A DNA stretch of 64,000 bases, taken from positions 1-64,000 of IMG/VR virus record IMGVR_UViG_2838948833_000001. One strand, given 5' to 3'. Position numbers and translations under genes: made by a program. This document shows positions 8,693 to 18,534 of this stretch, piece after piece (positions within the stretch are counted from its first letter, which is position 1; each line of letters starts with the position of its first letter). Under the pieces are notes generated by a model. It saw only the letters and a program-made list of their open reading frames with translations. It had not been told where the DNA came from and did not search any database. The stretch is from a virus (Duplodnaviria > Caudoviricetes).

Positions 8693-9034
8693 ATGAACGC
8701 TACACCTTATATCGAAAATGGTAAATGGAAACTTTTTGATAAAACCTATACCGAACAGACAGAAGCCGACAAAATTATTTTTGACGGCTTTTTTAATACC
8801 ATTAGAAAACACATTGAGTTCCTTACAAATGAGCGAGCAAAAGAAATATGTAGTAACGGCTTATTTCCGTTACGGGGATCACGTGAACCACGCAGATATA
8901 ACTGTTTTAGCTTCTTCTCCAGAGGAAGCGAAAGAAAAAGCAAGTTTACCACCTTGCTACAAAATATTCGAAAAACACATTTTTTAAACATCGGGAAACA
9001 TGTCAGAAAACAAAAACCTACCGCAAACATTTAG
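8693..9034 (+). CDS. Hypothetical protein; 3' part overlaps the next ORF
   Basis: Starts 1 nt after the previous stop codon. Confidence 0.45.
   Translation: MNATPYIENGKWKLFDKTYTEQTEADKIIFDGFFNTIRKHIEFLTNERAKEICSNGLFPLRGSREPRRYNCFSFFSRGSERKSKFTTLLQNIRKTHFLNIGKHVRKQKPTANI
8829..8987 (+). CDS. Small hypothetical protein (MSEQKKYVVTAYF...)
   Basis: ASSPEEAKEKA motif common in small phage proteins; likely true start of ORF 8718-8987. Confidence 0.5.
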   Translation: MSEQKKYVVTAYFRYGDHVNHADITVLASSPEEAKEKASLPPCYKIFEKHIF

Positions 9035-10514
9035 CATTGAAAATTTTAATGTAAACGCATTAGAGGAAGTAAAAAACAAAAGAGAAGCGCAGCTTAAAAT
9101 AGTAGAAGATAATCCCTACACGGAGATTACAGACACTGAAACCTACACAACAGCCAAGAAACACAGAACAGCTTATGTAACTGCAAGGACTTCGTTAACT
9201 AAAGAAAAGAAAGTCGTAATAGACAAGGTGAAAGAAAAGATTACTAAGCCAATCTCCGATTTGTATGACGAATTTATTGACATCACAAAACCTCATGAAG
9301 AAAAACAACAAAAAGAAGTTACACGTTGGGAGGACATAAAAGAAAATGAACGCCTAGCTAAATTGCAAATCGAAGAAGATCGTAAGCAAGCACACCGTGA
9401 CAACATCAAAACCATTGCCACTACTGTTTCGGAGGAAATCAAAAACTTGGACTACAACGCATCACTTACCTATGAGGTAAAACCCTTGTTAAACGGAGAG
9501 GAGGTTTCTCCTGATTCTTTTGAAGAGTTTAAAGGAGATTTACTAGGCGAATTGGAAAGTTTAAAGTTTCTTTTATCAAGCAAAAAGGATACTCTAAAGG
9601 AGCAAGAAGATTTGCGAGTTGAACGAGAAAGACTAGAGAACGAGAGAAAGGAAAACGAGAGAATCAGTGGACATAAACAAGCAATTCAAGACTACTACAA
9701 TTGTTGGATTAACAGAATTTACTCCGTTACATTTGAGAACTTCAAAGCATTGAAGTCTTTTTTCAATAAAGAATCCCCTATTAGAGTTGATGAGTTTCAA
9801 AAAGAATATGCTGCTAAACGCGCTGAACTTGTAAAAGAGTTTGAACAACGCGAAACTTTGCTCAATAACCAAGAGCAACAACGAATTGAACTTGAAAAAC
9901 AACGTCAAAAACAAGAAGCTGAAGCAAAAAGAATCGCTGAGGAAAACGCCAAAAAACAAGCAGAAATCGAAGCAACTCAAAAAGCGGAACAAGAGCGCAT
10001 CCAAGCTGAAAACAAACGCTTAGAAGAAGAAAAACAAGCTTTACAAAAAGAGAAAGACGAACTTCTGAAATCACAACGTATTCAGACTTTGAAAAACTTA
10101 GGTTTCGACGATGATTTAGTGTTAGATACTGAAAATGTAAAAATAATTTTAGAAGAATCTCAATTGCTTTGTTCAGAAGAAGAGTTTACTACTTTTATTC
10201 AAGAAACAGAAGAAAGACTAGCTTTTGTTCCTCCTGGGCTAGAAGGAGTACCTACAAAAACAACATTTACAGAAACTAAGCATTTTTCTATTTGTTCTAT
10301 TAAAAGAATCGAAGATGATATTCAAGAAGCTGAATACGAAGAGCCTTCTTTAATGCACTTAGAATCAATTCAAGATGGCAACCTTAATCTAGTTATGTTG
10401 AATGACTACCAGGAGGAAATGCAAACACTTCTAAACGACTTCTGCGATTACTGTTTATCGAAACACGGTCACATTGACCAAGAATTTATTGTTGAATTTT
10501 TAACTCGTGAATAA
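9000..10514 (+). CDS. Coiled-coil protein of the recombination module (DUF1351-like)
   Basis: E/K/Q-rich coiled coil upstream of the SSAP and exonuclease. Confidence 0.6.
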   Translation: MSENKNLPQTFSIENFNVNALEEVKNKREAQLKIVEDNPYTEITDTETYTTAKKHRTAYVTARTSLTKEKKVVIDKVKEKITKPISDLYDEFIDITKPHEEKQQKEVTRWEDIKENERLAKLQIEEDRKQAHRDNIKTIATTVSEEIKNLDYNASLTYEVKPLLNGEEVSPDSFEEFKGDLLGELESLKFLLSSKKDTLKEQEDLRVERERLENERKENERISGHKQAIQDYYNCWINRIYSVTFENFKALKSFFNKESPIRVDEFQKEYAAKRAELVKEFEQRETLLNNQEQQRIELEKQRQKQEAEAKRIAEENAKKQAEIEATQKAEQERIQAENKRLEEEKQALQKEKDELLKSQRIQTLKNLGFDDDLVLDTENVKIILEESQLLCSEEEFTTFIQETEERLAFVPPGLEGVPTKTTFTETKHFSICSIKRIEDDIQEAEYEEPSLMHLESIQDGNLNLVMLNDYQEEMQTLLNDFCDYCLSKHGHIDQEFIVEFLTRE

Positions 10515-10786
10515 TGGCACTAAAAGTAGAAGTTGACCTAAGCGACGAGCAACTTAAAAAAATCGCAGAATACATTTCGACTTTCGGATTATTGCCTGAT
10601 TTGTCTAGTAAGGGAAAACCCTTAGATGAACAATTTATGACCGTAAAACAAGTGGCACACTTCACTGACCAATCTACCCAAACAGTTATAAACCACATCA
10701 AGCAAGGGTTACTGAAATCTAACAAAATAGGAAAATCTCACCGAATATCTCGACAAGCCCTAAAAGACTATACCCATGGAGAATGA
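10514..10786 (+). CDS. Excisionase-like HTH_17 protein
   Basis: FMTVKQVAHFTDQSTQTVINHIKQGLLKSNKIGKSHRISRQAL. Confidence 0.8.
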   Translation: MALKVEVDLSDEQLKKIAEYISTFGLLPDLSSKGKPLDEQFMTVKQVAHFTDQSTQTVINHIKQGLLKSNKIGKSHRISRQALKDYTHGE

Positions 10787-11018
10787 CGAATTTTTATATA
10801 CCCCTCACTCCTACCCTGCTGAGGATAGTTTGAAGTTCAGAGGGTTTAAGGAATTATCCTCTTTGATTACTGACCAAGACAAAGACCTTTTTATCATCAT
10901 CAACAAAACAAGAAAGCAATTTTTTATTGTTGGTGATAGTGTTTTAAAACACTCACAAAGGCTTACAACAATCAATTTAATCACTTTAAAAGACCTACAA
11001 AAATGGCAAACGAAATAA
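10776..11018 (+). CDS. Hypothetical protein
   Basis: Overlapping operon position. Confidence 0.55.
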   Translation: MENDEFLYTPHSYPAEDSLKFRGFKELSSLITDQDKDLFIIINKTRKQFFIVGDSVLKHSQRLTTINLITLKDLQKWQTK

Positions 11019-11962
11019 GCACACTCCCTCATTATCAATTAGCAGCAGCAGAAACCATAAACGAACAAGTACTTGCCGTTTTATCTGATAAGAGTCAGAA
11101 CTTCAAAAACGCTTTTGCAATGGCCAATGCGATTTCAATAATCCGAAATACATTAACTCCAGAGGTAATGCAACCTATTATGAGCTTAGCTGGTTCTAAG
11201 CTTGGTTTTAGAACAGATAAAGATAAACCCTCAAAAGGGCAAACTCCTCAACCCTATTCACTAGATATTGTAAAGGATTGTTTAATTGATGCTGTATTGT
11301 TAGGGTTAAATCCTACAGGTAATCAATTCAATATCATTGCGAGCAATATGTATGTAACCAAGGAAGGTTTTACTTTCTTACTTAAAAAGATTAAAGGGCT
11401 TCGTTACAGTATTATTTATCCATCAACAAACTTTGCTCAAAACAGAGAAACTGCGCAAGTTAATTGCGAAGTAACATACCAAATCGGAGAAGAAAAACCA
11501 ATCAAACAATTACTTGAATTTACAGTAAAATCTGGACCTTATGCAACAACCGATTCTTGTAATGGCAAAGCAGAGCGAAAAGCTAAATGTTGGTTGTATA
11601 ATCATATTGAAGGAACTGATATCACAGATGGTGACGCAGAAGATATTCAGTACACAGAAGTAAGTTCAACAAGGCTTTCTAAAGAAGAGCAGATAAAAGA
11701 AAAAGAACTAAGCCGATTGAAAGATCATTTAGAAAGAGCTGATAAATTAAGTGCTATTTTACAAGTCAAACAATCGATTGCGGATTCGGATAATTTTGAG
11801 TTACAAGAACTTTATAACTCAAAAGAAAATGAGCTTATCCCCTTAGCAATCCAAGGTATTGAAAACTTGAAAGACCTTGAAAAACTTTCTCCACACATTG
11901 AGCAAATAGAACACATTGTTTTGCTAGATGATAAAAAGAGGGAATTAGGTGCCCAAGCCTAA
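11003..11962 (+). CDS. Divergent RecT-like single-strand annealing protein
   Basis: DCLIDAVLLGLNPTGNQFNII...YVTKEGF resembles the RecT AxxGLxP motif; near the exonuclease. Confidence 0.55.
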   Translation: MANEISTLPHYQLAAAETINEQVLAVLSDKSQNFKNAFAMANAISIIRNTLTPEVMQPIMSLAGSKLGFRTDKDKPSKGQTPQPYSLDIVKDCLIDAVLLGLNPTGNQFNIIASNMYVTKEGFTFLLKKIKGLRYSIIYPSTNFAQNRETAQVNCEVTYQIGEEKPIKQLLEFTVKSGPYATTDSCNGKAERKAKCWLYNHIEGTDITDGDAEDIQYTEVSSTRLSKEEQIKEKELSRLKDHLERADKLSAILQVKQSIADSDNFELQELYNSKENELIPLAIQGIENLKDLEKLSPHIEQIEHIVLLDDKKRELGAQA

Positions 11963-12368
11963 AACTTGTGAATGTGGTAAGGAATTTATACAGTATAATT
12001 CACTTCAAAAATACTGCTCCTATCCTTGCCAAATGAAATACGCTAAACCTAAGCGAATCAATCAGGTTTCCAAAAAAAGACAAGAGGATAATGAAATCTA
12101 CAAAGTTATCCGACAAGAGTTCCTCTCTAAAGAATACAATCAGAAATGTTTTATCGAACAATGCAATAAGCAAGCAACCACTATCGAACATACACGTGGA
12201 CGCGTTGGTTATGCAGACGATTGGGCAAGAGAAAACGGAATAACACTTTTTCTAGATGTCAGATTTTGGAAACCTTGTTGTTTAGAACACAATCTCGAAT
12301 TAGAGAGAAATCCAGAATTATCAAAACAATATCAACTCTCCAGAATACATGGAGGCAAAAAAGAATAA
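11949..12368 (+). CDS. NinG/HNH-like Zn-binding nuclease
   Basis: CECGKEF...YCSYPC, CFIEQC...IEHTRGR, CCLEHN. Confidence 0.6.
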   Translation: MPKPKTCECGKEFIQYNSLQKYCSYPCQMKYAKPKRINQVSKKRQEDNEIYKVIRQEFLSKEYNQKCFIEQCNKQATTIEHTRGRVGYADDWARENGITLFLDVRFWKPCCLEHNLELERNPELSKQYQLSRIHGGKKE

Positions 12369-12864
12369 TAATATGATACTAAAAATAGAAGTCGATTTAA
12401 CTGACATATATACAGAATATGAAAGCGAAGCATCAATTACGGATTTAATAAAAGATGAAATAGCGCATAGAATCAAAAAAGATGCTTACGAGATGTTTTC
12501 TAAAGATGCAAAAGAGTCTTTTACCAACCAAGTGGTTAGGAGAATTGAATTAGATAAAGAACTTAAAATACAAGAGCTATTAAAAGAGTTGTTTTCTAAC
12601 AAAAAGATTTTCAAAACAAATTATAACGGAGAAATCACAGAAATGACTTTAGAAGAAAAAATATCATATGAACTTGAGAGAAATTACAATAACGAATCAA
12701 AGTTCAATGATTACTTCAGAAAGCATTTTGAGAATTGTACCGCACAAATTTCTAAGGAGTTAAAGGATAGATACGATTTGCTTTTTGCAAGTCAAATTGT
12801 TGCGAAACTAAACGAACAAGGCATGCTAAAAGAAGATGTTGCTAAAATTCTACTTAACAAGTAA
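12349..12864 (+). CDS. Hypothetical phage protein
   Basis: Operon position; true start may be the downstream ATG (MILKIEV). Confidence 0.65.
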   Translation: MEAKKNNNMILKIEVDLTDIYTEYESEASITDLIKDEIAHRIKKDAYEMFSKDAKESFTNQVVRRIELDKELKIQELLKELFSNKKIFKTNYNGEITEMTLEEKISYELERNYNNESKFNDYFRKHFENCTAQISKELKDRYDLLFASQIVAKLNEQGMLKEDVAKILLNK

Positions 12865-12870
12865 TAACCT

Positions 12871-13851
12871 ATGCAAACAGAAAACCTAATATTCACCAAT
12901 TGGAAAGAAAGATGTTCTTCACTTGGAAAGTTATTGACAAACCTTCCCGAACCCTTAAGAGAAGCAACAGAAGAAGACAGTGTAAGAATACAAACACTAC
13001 TTGATATTAAAAGAACAGGAAAAAATCCTGAGACAAATCGCCCTAATAAATGGGATGATACTAAAGAAAAGGAATTAGAACAACTCCAAAACATTGTCAA
13101 AAGAATAGAGCCTAAAGATAAACTTCCGACAGGCGCAATTACCCACTTAGAAGAAGTGTTTCGCCATTTATTTTGGAAACGCAGAAGATTTCTTGAAAAC
13201 AAATATCTAAGTAAGGGAACTATTTGCGAAGAGGATGCTCTCGATTTAAAATCTCAACGCGATGAGTTTTTCTACCGAAAGAACGATGAACATCTAAGTA
13301 ATGATTTTATCCAAGGAACCCCAGATAATCTTCAAAAGAAGACTAAAGACACTAAGACCAATTGGGACTTAGAATCATTTGACAACGCAGAACTAACAAC
13401 ACTGTACGAATGGCAATTGAAAGGTTATATGTGGATTGTTCATAGCTATGACTTACCTGAATTAGAAACCAAAACAGAATCTGAACTTGTGTATTGTTTA
13501 GTTAACGCTCCTCTTCATCTAATTGAAGATGAAAAGAGAAGAATGTGGTTTCAAATGGGACAACCTGACGACACAGACGAAGAATTTCGTTACAAAGTTG
13601 CTCAACTAGAGCGAAACATGATTTTCGACGTATCGAAGTTTAAAAAAGAATATCCTGGTTACGACTTCTACAACCCGATTAAAGACTTTTCAATACCTCC
13701 ACATATGCGTCTTAAATCATTCAATGTAACTCTTACAGAAGAAGATATCAAACACATGACTAGACGAGTTACAATGGCTCGTGAATGGCTTGTAAATAAA
13801 GAACGTGAAACCCTAAAACAAATAGCAGATGGCTGGCGAAGAAATAACTAA
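12871..13851 (+). CDS. YqaJ/lambda-type exonuclease
   Basis: RCSSLG, KGTICEE, GTPD, DTK and YEWQLKGYM PD-(D/E)XK motifs. Confidence 0.8.
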   Translation: MQTENLIFTNWKERCSSLGKLLTNLPEPLREATEEDSVRIQTLLDIKRTGKNPETNRPNKWDDTKEKELEQLQNIVKRIEPKDKLPTGAITHLEEVFRHLFWKRRRFLENKYLSKGTICEEDALDLKSQRDEFFYRKNDEHLSNDFIQGTPDNLQKKTKDTKTNWDLESFDNAELTTLYEWQLKGYMWIVHSYDLPELETKTESELVYCLVNAPLHLIEDEKRRMWFQMGQPDDTDEEFRYKVAQLERNMIFDVSKFKKEYPGYDFYNPIKDFSIPPHMRLKSFNVTLTEEDIKHMTRRVTMAREWLVNKERETLKQIADGWRRNN

Positions 13852-14236
13852 AGCACTATCCGTAAAGCAACCTTGGGCAGAGTTAATCTGCCTAGGGATT
13901 AAAGATGTCGAGAATAGAACTTGGCGAACTAGATTCAAAGGCCGAGTTTACATACATGCGTCAATGCATCCAGATAAGAGCGCTCGACTTTCAAAAGAAA
14001 GAGAAGAAGTCACAGATAATATTGACGAGTTTCAATTTAAAAATTCAGCAATTATCGGCGAAGTTACTATTGCAGATTGTGTTCAAAACCACAAATCAAT
14101 TTGGGCAGATAAAGGAGAAGGCATTTGGCATTGGGTTTTAAAAGACGCTGTTTTTTATGATAAGCCTATAGAGAATGTAAAAGGCAAATTGGGTATTTGG
14201 GATATAAATATCAAAGACTACTTGCAAAGTGCCTAA
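13829..14236 (+). CDS. ASCH domain protein
   Basis: ALSVKQPWAELICLGIKDVENRTW...KGKLGIW. Confidence 0.92.
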   Translation: MAGEEITKALSVKQPWAELICLGIKDVENRTWRTRFKGRVYIHASMHPDKSARLSKEREEVTDNIDEFQFKNSAIIGEVTIADCVQNHKSIWADKGEGIWHWVLKDAVFYDKPIENVKGKLGIWDINIKDYLQSA

Positions 14237-14513
14237 TAATTCAGATTACAATCCTAATGATTGGATATCTCCTAAAATACCAAGAGCATGTTATTATGCT
14301 ACTCATAAGATTTCTAATCAAAAAGTGTTGATTCCCATGTGTTGGGGAACAGTTCATTCAAATGATATAGAAGACTGTTGTTGTGACTTAAAAAAAGAAC
14401 CAACTATACGAGATTTAAAGCAAGAGAACCAAACTCTTAAGGATAGAGTAAATGAATTAGAAGAGGAATTAACCTATTACCAAAATAACTATGGCAATAT
14501 TCAAGAATTATAG
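14229..14513 (+). CDS. Hypothetical protein
   Basis: IPMCWG...CCC motif plus coiled coil. Confidence 0.6.
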   Translation: MPNNSDYNPNDWISPKIPRACYYATHKISNQKVLIPMCWGTVHSNDIEDCCCDLKKEPTIRDLKQENQTLKDRVNELEEELTYYQNNYGNIQEL

Positions 14514-14637
14514 AAACGGACATGGAACAGTTCAAAGAGTTGAGGTATTACGTGTAAGTAGAGAATACACCTTTTGCAAGAATGAAAAAGGTAAAGTTTT
14601 CCAAGCGAAAACATCCGGATTAAAAAGTATTAAGTAA
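14491..14637 (+). CDS. 48-aa hypothetical protein, not in the ORF track
   Basis: MAIFKNYRNG...GLKSIK fills an operon gap. Confidence 0.5.
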   Translation: MAIFKNYRNGHGTVQRVEVLRVSREYTFCKNEKGKVFQAKTSGLKSIK

Positions 14638-14649
14638 TAATTAAAAAGT

Positions 14650-14904
14650 ATGAAAGATAAATATAACCCAAACATAGGTAATGGACCTGCAGGATCATTC
14701 CAACGCGACTTTTTAGAAGCTAATCTAAAAGGCACTAAAGTAAAAGGCAAAACAGTTGAAAAAGTTAGTAACAAATATGTTTACACTGAGTGTGGAGATA
14801 AAATACCAACTAAAGGTTTAAGAGTAAGATTCAAGGTGAAGCCTGAAACTAAAAGTATGATTAGACCTTGTACACAAGGTGATACAGAAGCAGACCGTTT
14901 TTAA
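14650..14904 (+). CDS. Hypothetical protein
   Basis: Operon position. Confidence 0.6.
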   Translation: MKDKYNPNIGNGPAGSFQRDFLEANLKGTKVKGKTVEKVSNKYVYTECGDKIPTKGLRVRFKVKPETKSMIRPCTQGDTEADRF

Positions 14905-14914
14905 TTAAGTAGTT

Positions 14915-15121
14915 ATGAGAGGTATAGTTGAACGAAAGATTTTCCAAGCTTCATGTGAGAAATGTAGGGCTTTATTTGAAGACGATGGACACAACTGTTA
15001 TGATTCACTTGATGAAATAAAACATGAACTAGAGCAAAATGGCTGGGTTATAGATCCAAAAATTGAATGCCCTGATTGTTTTAATAAATATTATCAAAAA
15101 AATAAAACTTCCCACTTGTAG
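14915..15121 (+). CDS. Small Zn-finger protein
   Basis: CEKC...GW...CPDC. Confidence 0.65.
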   Translation: MRGIVERKIFQASCEKCRALFEDDGHNCYDSLDEIKHELEQNGWVIDPKIECPDCFNKYYQKNKTSHL

Positions 15122-15137
15122 TAAGTGGTCAAAGAGA

Positions 15138-15467
15138 ATGAAAAAAGTAAAAAGTAAATCTTATACACTCAGAAAGAGTGATGGTATTTGGTTAGGTCAA
15201 ATAGTATTGACATCAGATGGAATGTTCGCATCTGTTACAGATTATGGGAATCTTTCCTTTGCTTGGCGACATACAGGTGTTGATGATTTTAGAGGTTTCT
15301 TGTGTGGATTGGATGTTGAATACTTTGGAAGAAAGATGTACTAAGGTAATACATACATCCTGTATTCTAAAGCTTGTGAAAAAGCTTGTCATCGTTTCGC
15401 AAAAGAAATACTTCCAACACTTCAAGAGGTTTTAAAACAAGATTTGATTGATAATCCTAAGTGGTAA
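15138..15467 (+). pseudogene. Phage protein interrupted by an in-frame TAA (15342-15344)
   Basis: TDYGNLSFAW...YFGRKMY* then 40 more open codons (GNTYILYSKACEKACHRFAKEILPTLQEVLKQ...) ending just before the next gene. Confidence 0.7.
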
Positions 15468-15472
15468 TTGAG

Positions 15473-15715
15473 ATGGAAAATATTTTCGATGAAATTAAAC
15501 AAGAAAGAGAAAGACAAGATGAAAAATGGGGAGTGCAAAATCACCATCCTTTTGTTTGGCTTGGAATTTTAGGAGAAGAAGTAGGCGAAGTCAATAAAGC
15601 TGTACTAGATCATAATTTTGATGGTAAAACCTTAGAAAATTATAGAGAAGAATTAATACAAGTTGCTGCAGTAGCCGTGTCAATGATTCAATGTTTAGAT
15701 AGAAATAACAACTAA
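15473..15715 (+). CDS. MazG-like nucleotide pyrophosphohydrolase
   Basis: ERERQDEKWG...ILGEEVGEV...REELIQVAAVAV. Confidence 0.88.
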   Translation: MENIFDEIKQERERQDEKWGVQNHHPFVWLGILGEEVGEVNKAVLDHNFDGKTLENYREELIQVAAVAVSMIQCLDRNNN

Positions 15716-15747
15716 AACTTCCCGATTTTAGGAATCGGCAAAATAAA

Positions 15748-16152
15748 ATGAAAATAGTAATTAAAGTAAAAAAAGAAGTCGAAGCTAAATATTTATTAGT
15801 ATCTGCGGGTGTTAGATACTATGAAGATGCTACTGTAAATGGAATCGAAGACGTAGAAGGAAGTTTAATTCCTTGTAAAGTCAATGATCGTTGGTGCCCA
15901 AAAATAAATATTGATACTGGAGTTATTGAAAATTGGGAAAAAGGAAAAGTAGCCAATATTCATTATAAAGTTTGTGATGATGGAAACTACAAATTGCTTG
16001 ATGTGAATGAAAACATCATTATTGATAAAGATTCTTATGTTCCTAGCTGTTTATCTCCTAAAGAAAATGGATATGGCGATTACATTATTATGGATGTATC
16101 AGAAGAAGGTGTTATTTCAAATTGGAAGTTTGATTTTAAAGAATTTAAATAG
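15748..16152 (+). CDS. Conserved phage hypothetical protein
   Basis: GVRYYEDATVNG, IHYKVCDDG and GYGDYIIM motifs. Confidence 0.75.
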   Translation: MKIVIKVKKEVEAKYLLVSAGVRYYEDATVNGIEDVEGSLIPCKVNDRWCPKINIDTGVIENWEKGKVANIHYKVCDDGNYKLLDVNENIIIDKDSYVPSCLSPKENGYGDYIIMDVSEEGVISNWKFDFKEFK

Positions 16153-16161
16153 CAGTTAACC

Positions 16162-16596
16162 ATGTACACACAAGGCAGAATAAAACTAATTGGACAAGTC
16201 CAAGACATTAGCTCAAGTTTCAGAAAAAGAGAGTTTGTCGTTACAACGGATGAACAATATCCGCAAGACATCCTAATTGAAGTAACTCAAGATCGAGTGA
16301 GTTTACTAGACGGATTCCAAGTTGGAGCTTACGTAAAGGTTGATATCAATTTGCGTGGAAGAGAGTGGACTTCACCACAAGGCGAAGTAAGATATTTCAA
16401 TACGATTCAAGCTTGGAAAATTACTGCAGCTGTAAACCAACCACAAATGCAAGACGGCACTTACCACGGCCAAGGTTCGGCAGCAGATGCTCATCAACAA
16501 TGGAAACAAAATCAACAAAGTCAACCTGCTCCAGGTAATCAATTCCCTTCTACACCACAGTACAACGAAGATGACCACGATGATCTCCCTTTCTGA
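16162..16596 (+). CDS. ssb: Single-stranded DNA-binding protein (DUF3127-type)
   Basis: FRKREFVV, INLRGREW, YFNTIQAWKI and acidic DDLPF tail. Confidence 0.9.
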   Translation: MYTQGRIKLIGQVQDISSSFRKREFVVTTDEQYPQDILIEVTQDRVSLLDGFQVGAYVKVDINLRGREWTSPQGEVRYFNTIQAWKITAAVNQPQMQDGTYHGQGSAADAHQQWKQNQQSQPAPGNQFPSTPQYNEDDHDDLPF

Positions 16597-16624
16597 TTTA
16601 GATTAATTTTTAACCTTATTAAAA

Positions 16625-16834
16625 ATGACTAAGCAAACCAAAAAGAAGCGGGTTCTTGAAAAAGAGCCCCTTTCTATCTGGGAAGAACAAGTTGAGTTGA
16701 AAGATAAAGCAAAGACACTTTCTCAGAAGAATGAAGAACGCGAACATAAAAAGTTCAATGAAGGTTACACTTGGGTGCAAGTGGATGGAAGGACACGTAA
16801 ACTTTTAAAAATAGATAACAGTGGCAGAGAATAA
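16625..16834 (+). CDS. Hypothetical protein
   Basis: Operon position. Confidence 0.6.
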   Translation: MTKQTKKKRVLEKEPLSIWEEQVELKDKAKTLSQKNEEREHKKFNEGYTWVQVDGRTRKLLKIDNSGRE

Positions 16835-17687
16835 AAACTCCTTTGTTCTATATAAAGATATGATTAGCACTATTGAGAAACTCAGTGATGAAACTGCAGG
16901 AAAACTATTCAAGCACATATTACGATATGTAAATGACCAAAGCCCCACTCCTGAAAACGAAATATTAGATCTTGTTTTTGAACCGATAAAAAATCAATTA
17001 AAAAGAGATTTGAATAAGTATAAAAAAACAAAAGCTGATAGGTCACTAAATGGACGAATGGGAAATTTAAAAAGGTATAATCCTGATTTATACAGACAAG
17101 TCGCTGATAATCAAATCACAATAGACGAAGCTGAAAAAATCGCAAGTCATCGCAAAGCCTCGCCTAGCGACAATAGCGATAATAAAACCTCGCAAACACT
17201 CGCAAACGTCGCTGTAAGTGTTAGTGATAATGTAAGTGTTAGTGATAGTGTTAATGATATTCTTTTAGAAAAAGAAACAAAAGAATATTTAGGGCAAAAT
17301 GAAAAAATTGAAGAATTCGATTCAGTTGAATTAGAAGCCGAAGAATCTTTCCAAAAAAAAGTTGCGCGAAAAACAAGGTTTTCAAAACCGACAGTTGAAG
17401 AAATTCATGAATACTGTTTTGAACGAAACAACGGAATCGATGCACAAAGATTTTTCGACCACTACGAAAGCAATGGCTGGATGGTTGGGAAAACAAAAAT
17501 GAAAGATTGGAAAGCAGCAGTTCGCACTTGGGAGAGAAATAGTAACAACAAAAATCAGAATCAGAATGGACAACAGCAAGAAAGGTTTGTCGGTCGCCAA
17601 TCAATCGACACAATCCAACACAACGCCAATGTTGGTTACGAAGCAGCTGAGCGAATTAGAAAGCAGATGCTTGGCGACGCCAATTAG
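16821..17687 (+). CDS. Replication initiator (DUF6291-like N-terminus)
   Basis: KNSFVLY...LSDETAGKLFKHI; C-terminal FFDHYESNGWMVGKTKMKDWKAAVRTW. Confidence 0.82.
   Translation: MAENKNSFVLYKDMISTIEKLSDETAGKLFKHILRYVNDQSPTPENEILDLVFEPIKNQLKRDLNKYKKTKADRSLNGRMGNLKRYNPDLYRQVADNQITIDEAEKIASHRKASPSDNSDNKTSQTLANVAVSVSDNVSVSDSVNDILLEKETKEYLGQNEKIEEFDSVELEAEESFQKKVARKTRFSKPTVEEIHEYCFERNNGIDAQRFFDHYESNGWMVGKTKMKDWKAAVRTWERNSNNKNQNQNGQQQERFVGRQSIDTIQHNANVGYEAAERIRKQMLGDAN
17137..17260. repeat. Iteron-like repeats, putative origin of replication
   Basis: TCGC(AAA) at about 10-bp spacing, then (GTA)AGTGTTAGTGATA repeats. Confidence 0.6.
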
Positions 17688-18468
17688 TTTTGTGAAAAAA
17701 ACTTACCTAAGCAAAACGATTCGGGAACGCTTGGATGATGAAGTTTTATCAATGTTGCTTACTGAGGTTTTTACTCAATCCATTGCTTTGAGTGGGATGA
17801 AAGAAAAGACAGATCCACTGACCATGCATGAAATCATGAGAATGTGTATGATGGTTTATGCTCACCTAACACCAGAAGAAATTTACAAAGCTTTTGAACT
17901 AGAGCGAATGCGGATGTATGAAAGCAAAACCGAACACTATCAGCTTTTTGATACGGGATACGCTGCAGAAATTCTTCAAAAATACGAAGCTTGGAAATTA
18001 GAACTCAAGCAAAAGCACAACATCACCCGCGAAACTGCAGTTCCTGTTCAAAATCAACTTCCTGCTGTTTCAGAAAGTCAGAAAACGGAGATTATGAACC
18101 AAGCAATCGAAAGACTGTTTGAAGAATATAAATCAAACAAGGCTTTTTTACCGCCTTTTAGCCACGTATTTCAAGAATTAGTCGAAAGAGGAGTTATCCC
18201 TTACCCGAATGAAAAATCATCGCCTAAACTCAAAGAATGGTATTCTGAAAAAAGACGATCAGCTCAGGAATTGGTCGAAAAAGAAATTCAAAACGAAATT
18301 TTAAATCCTGACCGTACTCAAAGTAAAACTGTTTTACAGCAAATCCTTTCTCAAGTACAACAAAGCGAACACGAGAAAATAGAGTTAAAACTCCAGCAAA
18401 TCGTACTAGAGGGAGTATTCCAAAAGCGAATCAACGAAAATAAATCAATCGAGGATTGGCTTAAATAA
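17566..18468 (+). CDS. Putative helicase loader or initiator partner
   Basis: Follows the initiator (lambda P position); LTPEEIYKAF motif. Confidence 0.5.
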   Translation: MDNSKKGLSVANQSTQSNTTPMLVTKQLSELESRCLATPISFVKKTYLSKTIRERLDDEVLSMLLTEVFTQSIALSGMKEKTDPLTMHEIMRMCMMVYAHLTPEEIYKAFELERMRMYESKTEHYQLFDTGYAAEILQKYEAWKLELKQKHNITRETAVPVQNQLPAVSESQKTEIMNQAIERLFEEYKSNKAFLPPFSHVFQELVERGVIPYPNEKSSPKLKEWYSEKRRSAQELVEKEIQNEILNPDRTQSKTVLQQILSQVQQSEHEKIELKLQQIVLEGVFQKRINENKSIEDWLK

Positions 18469-18534
18469 AAAAACAAGAAAACTTATTGTTTAACACTATC
18501 CGAAACAAATCGGACAGATAATCTATTGTTTGAA

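Noticed and set aside
7557-15344. Stop-codon recoding as in some crAss-like phages
   Set aside because: The two internal stops differ (TGA and TAA), late genes are intact in the standard code, all three stops end normal genes, and no suppressor tRNA is seen
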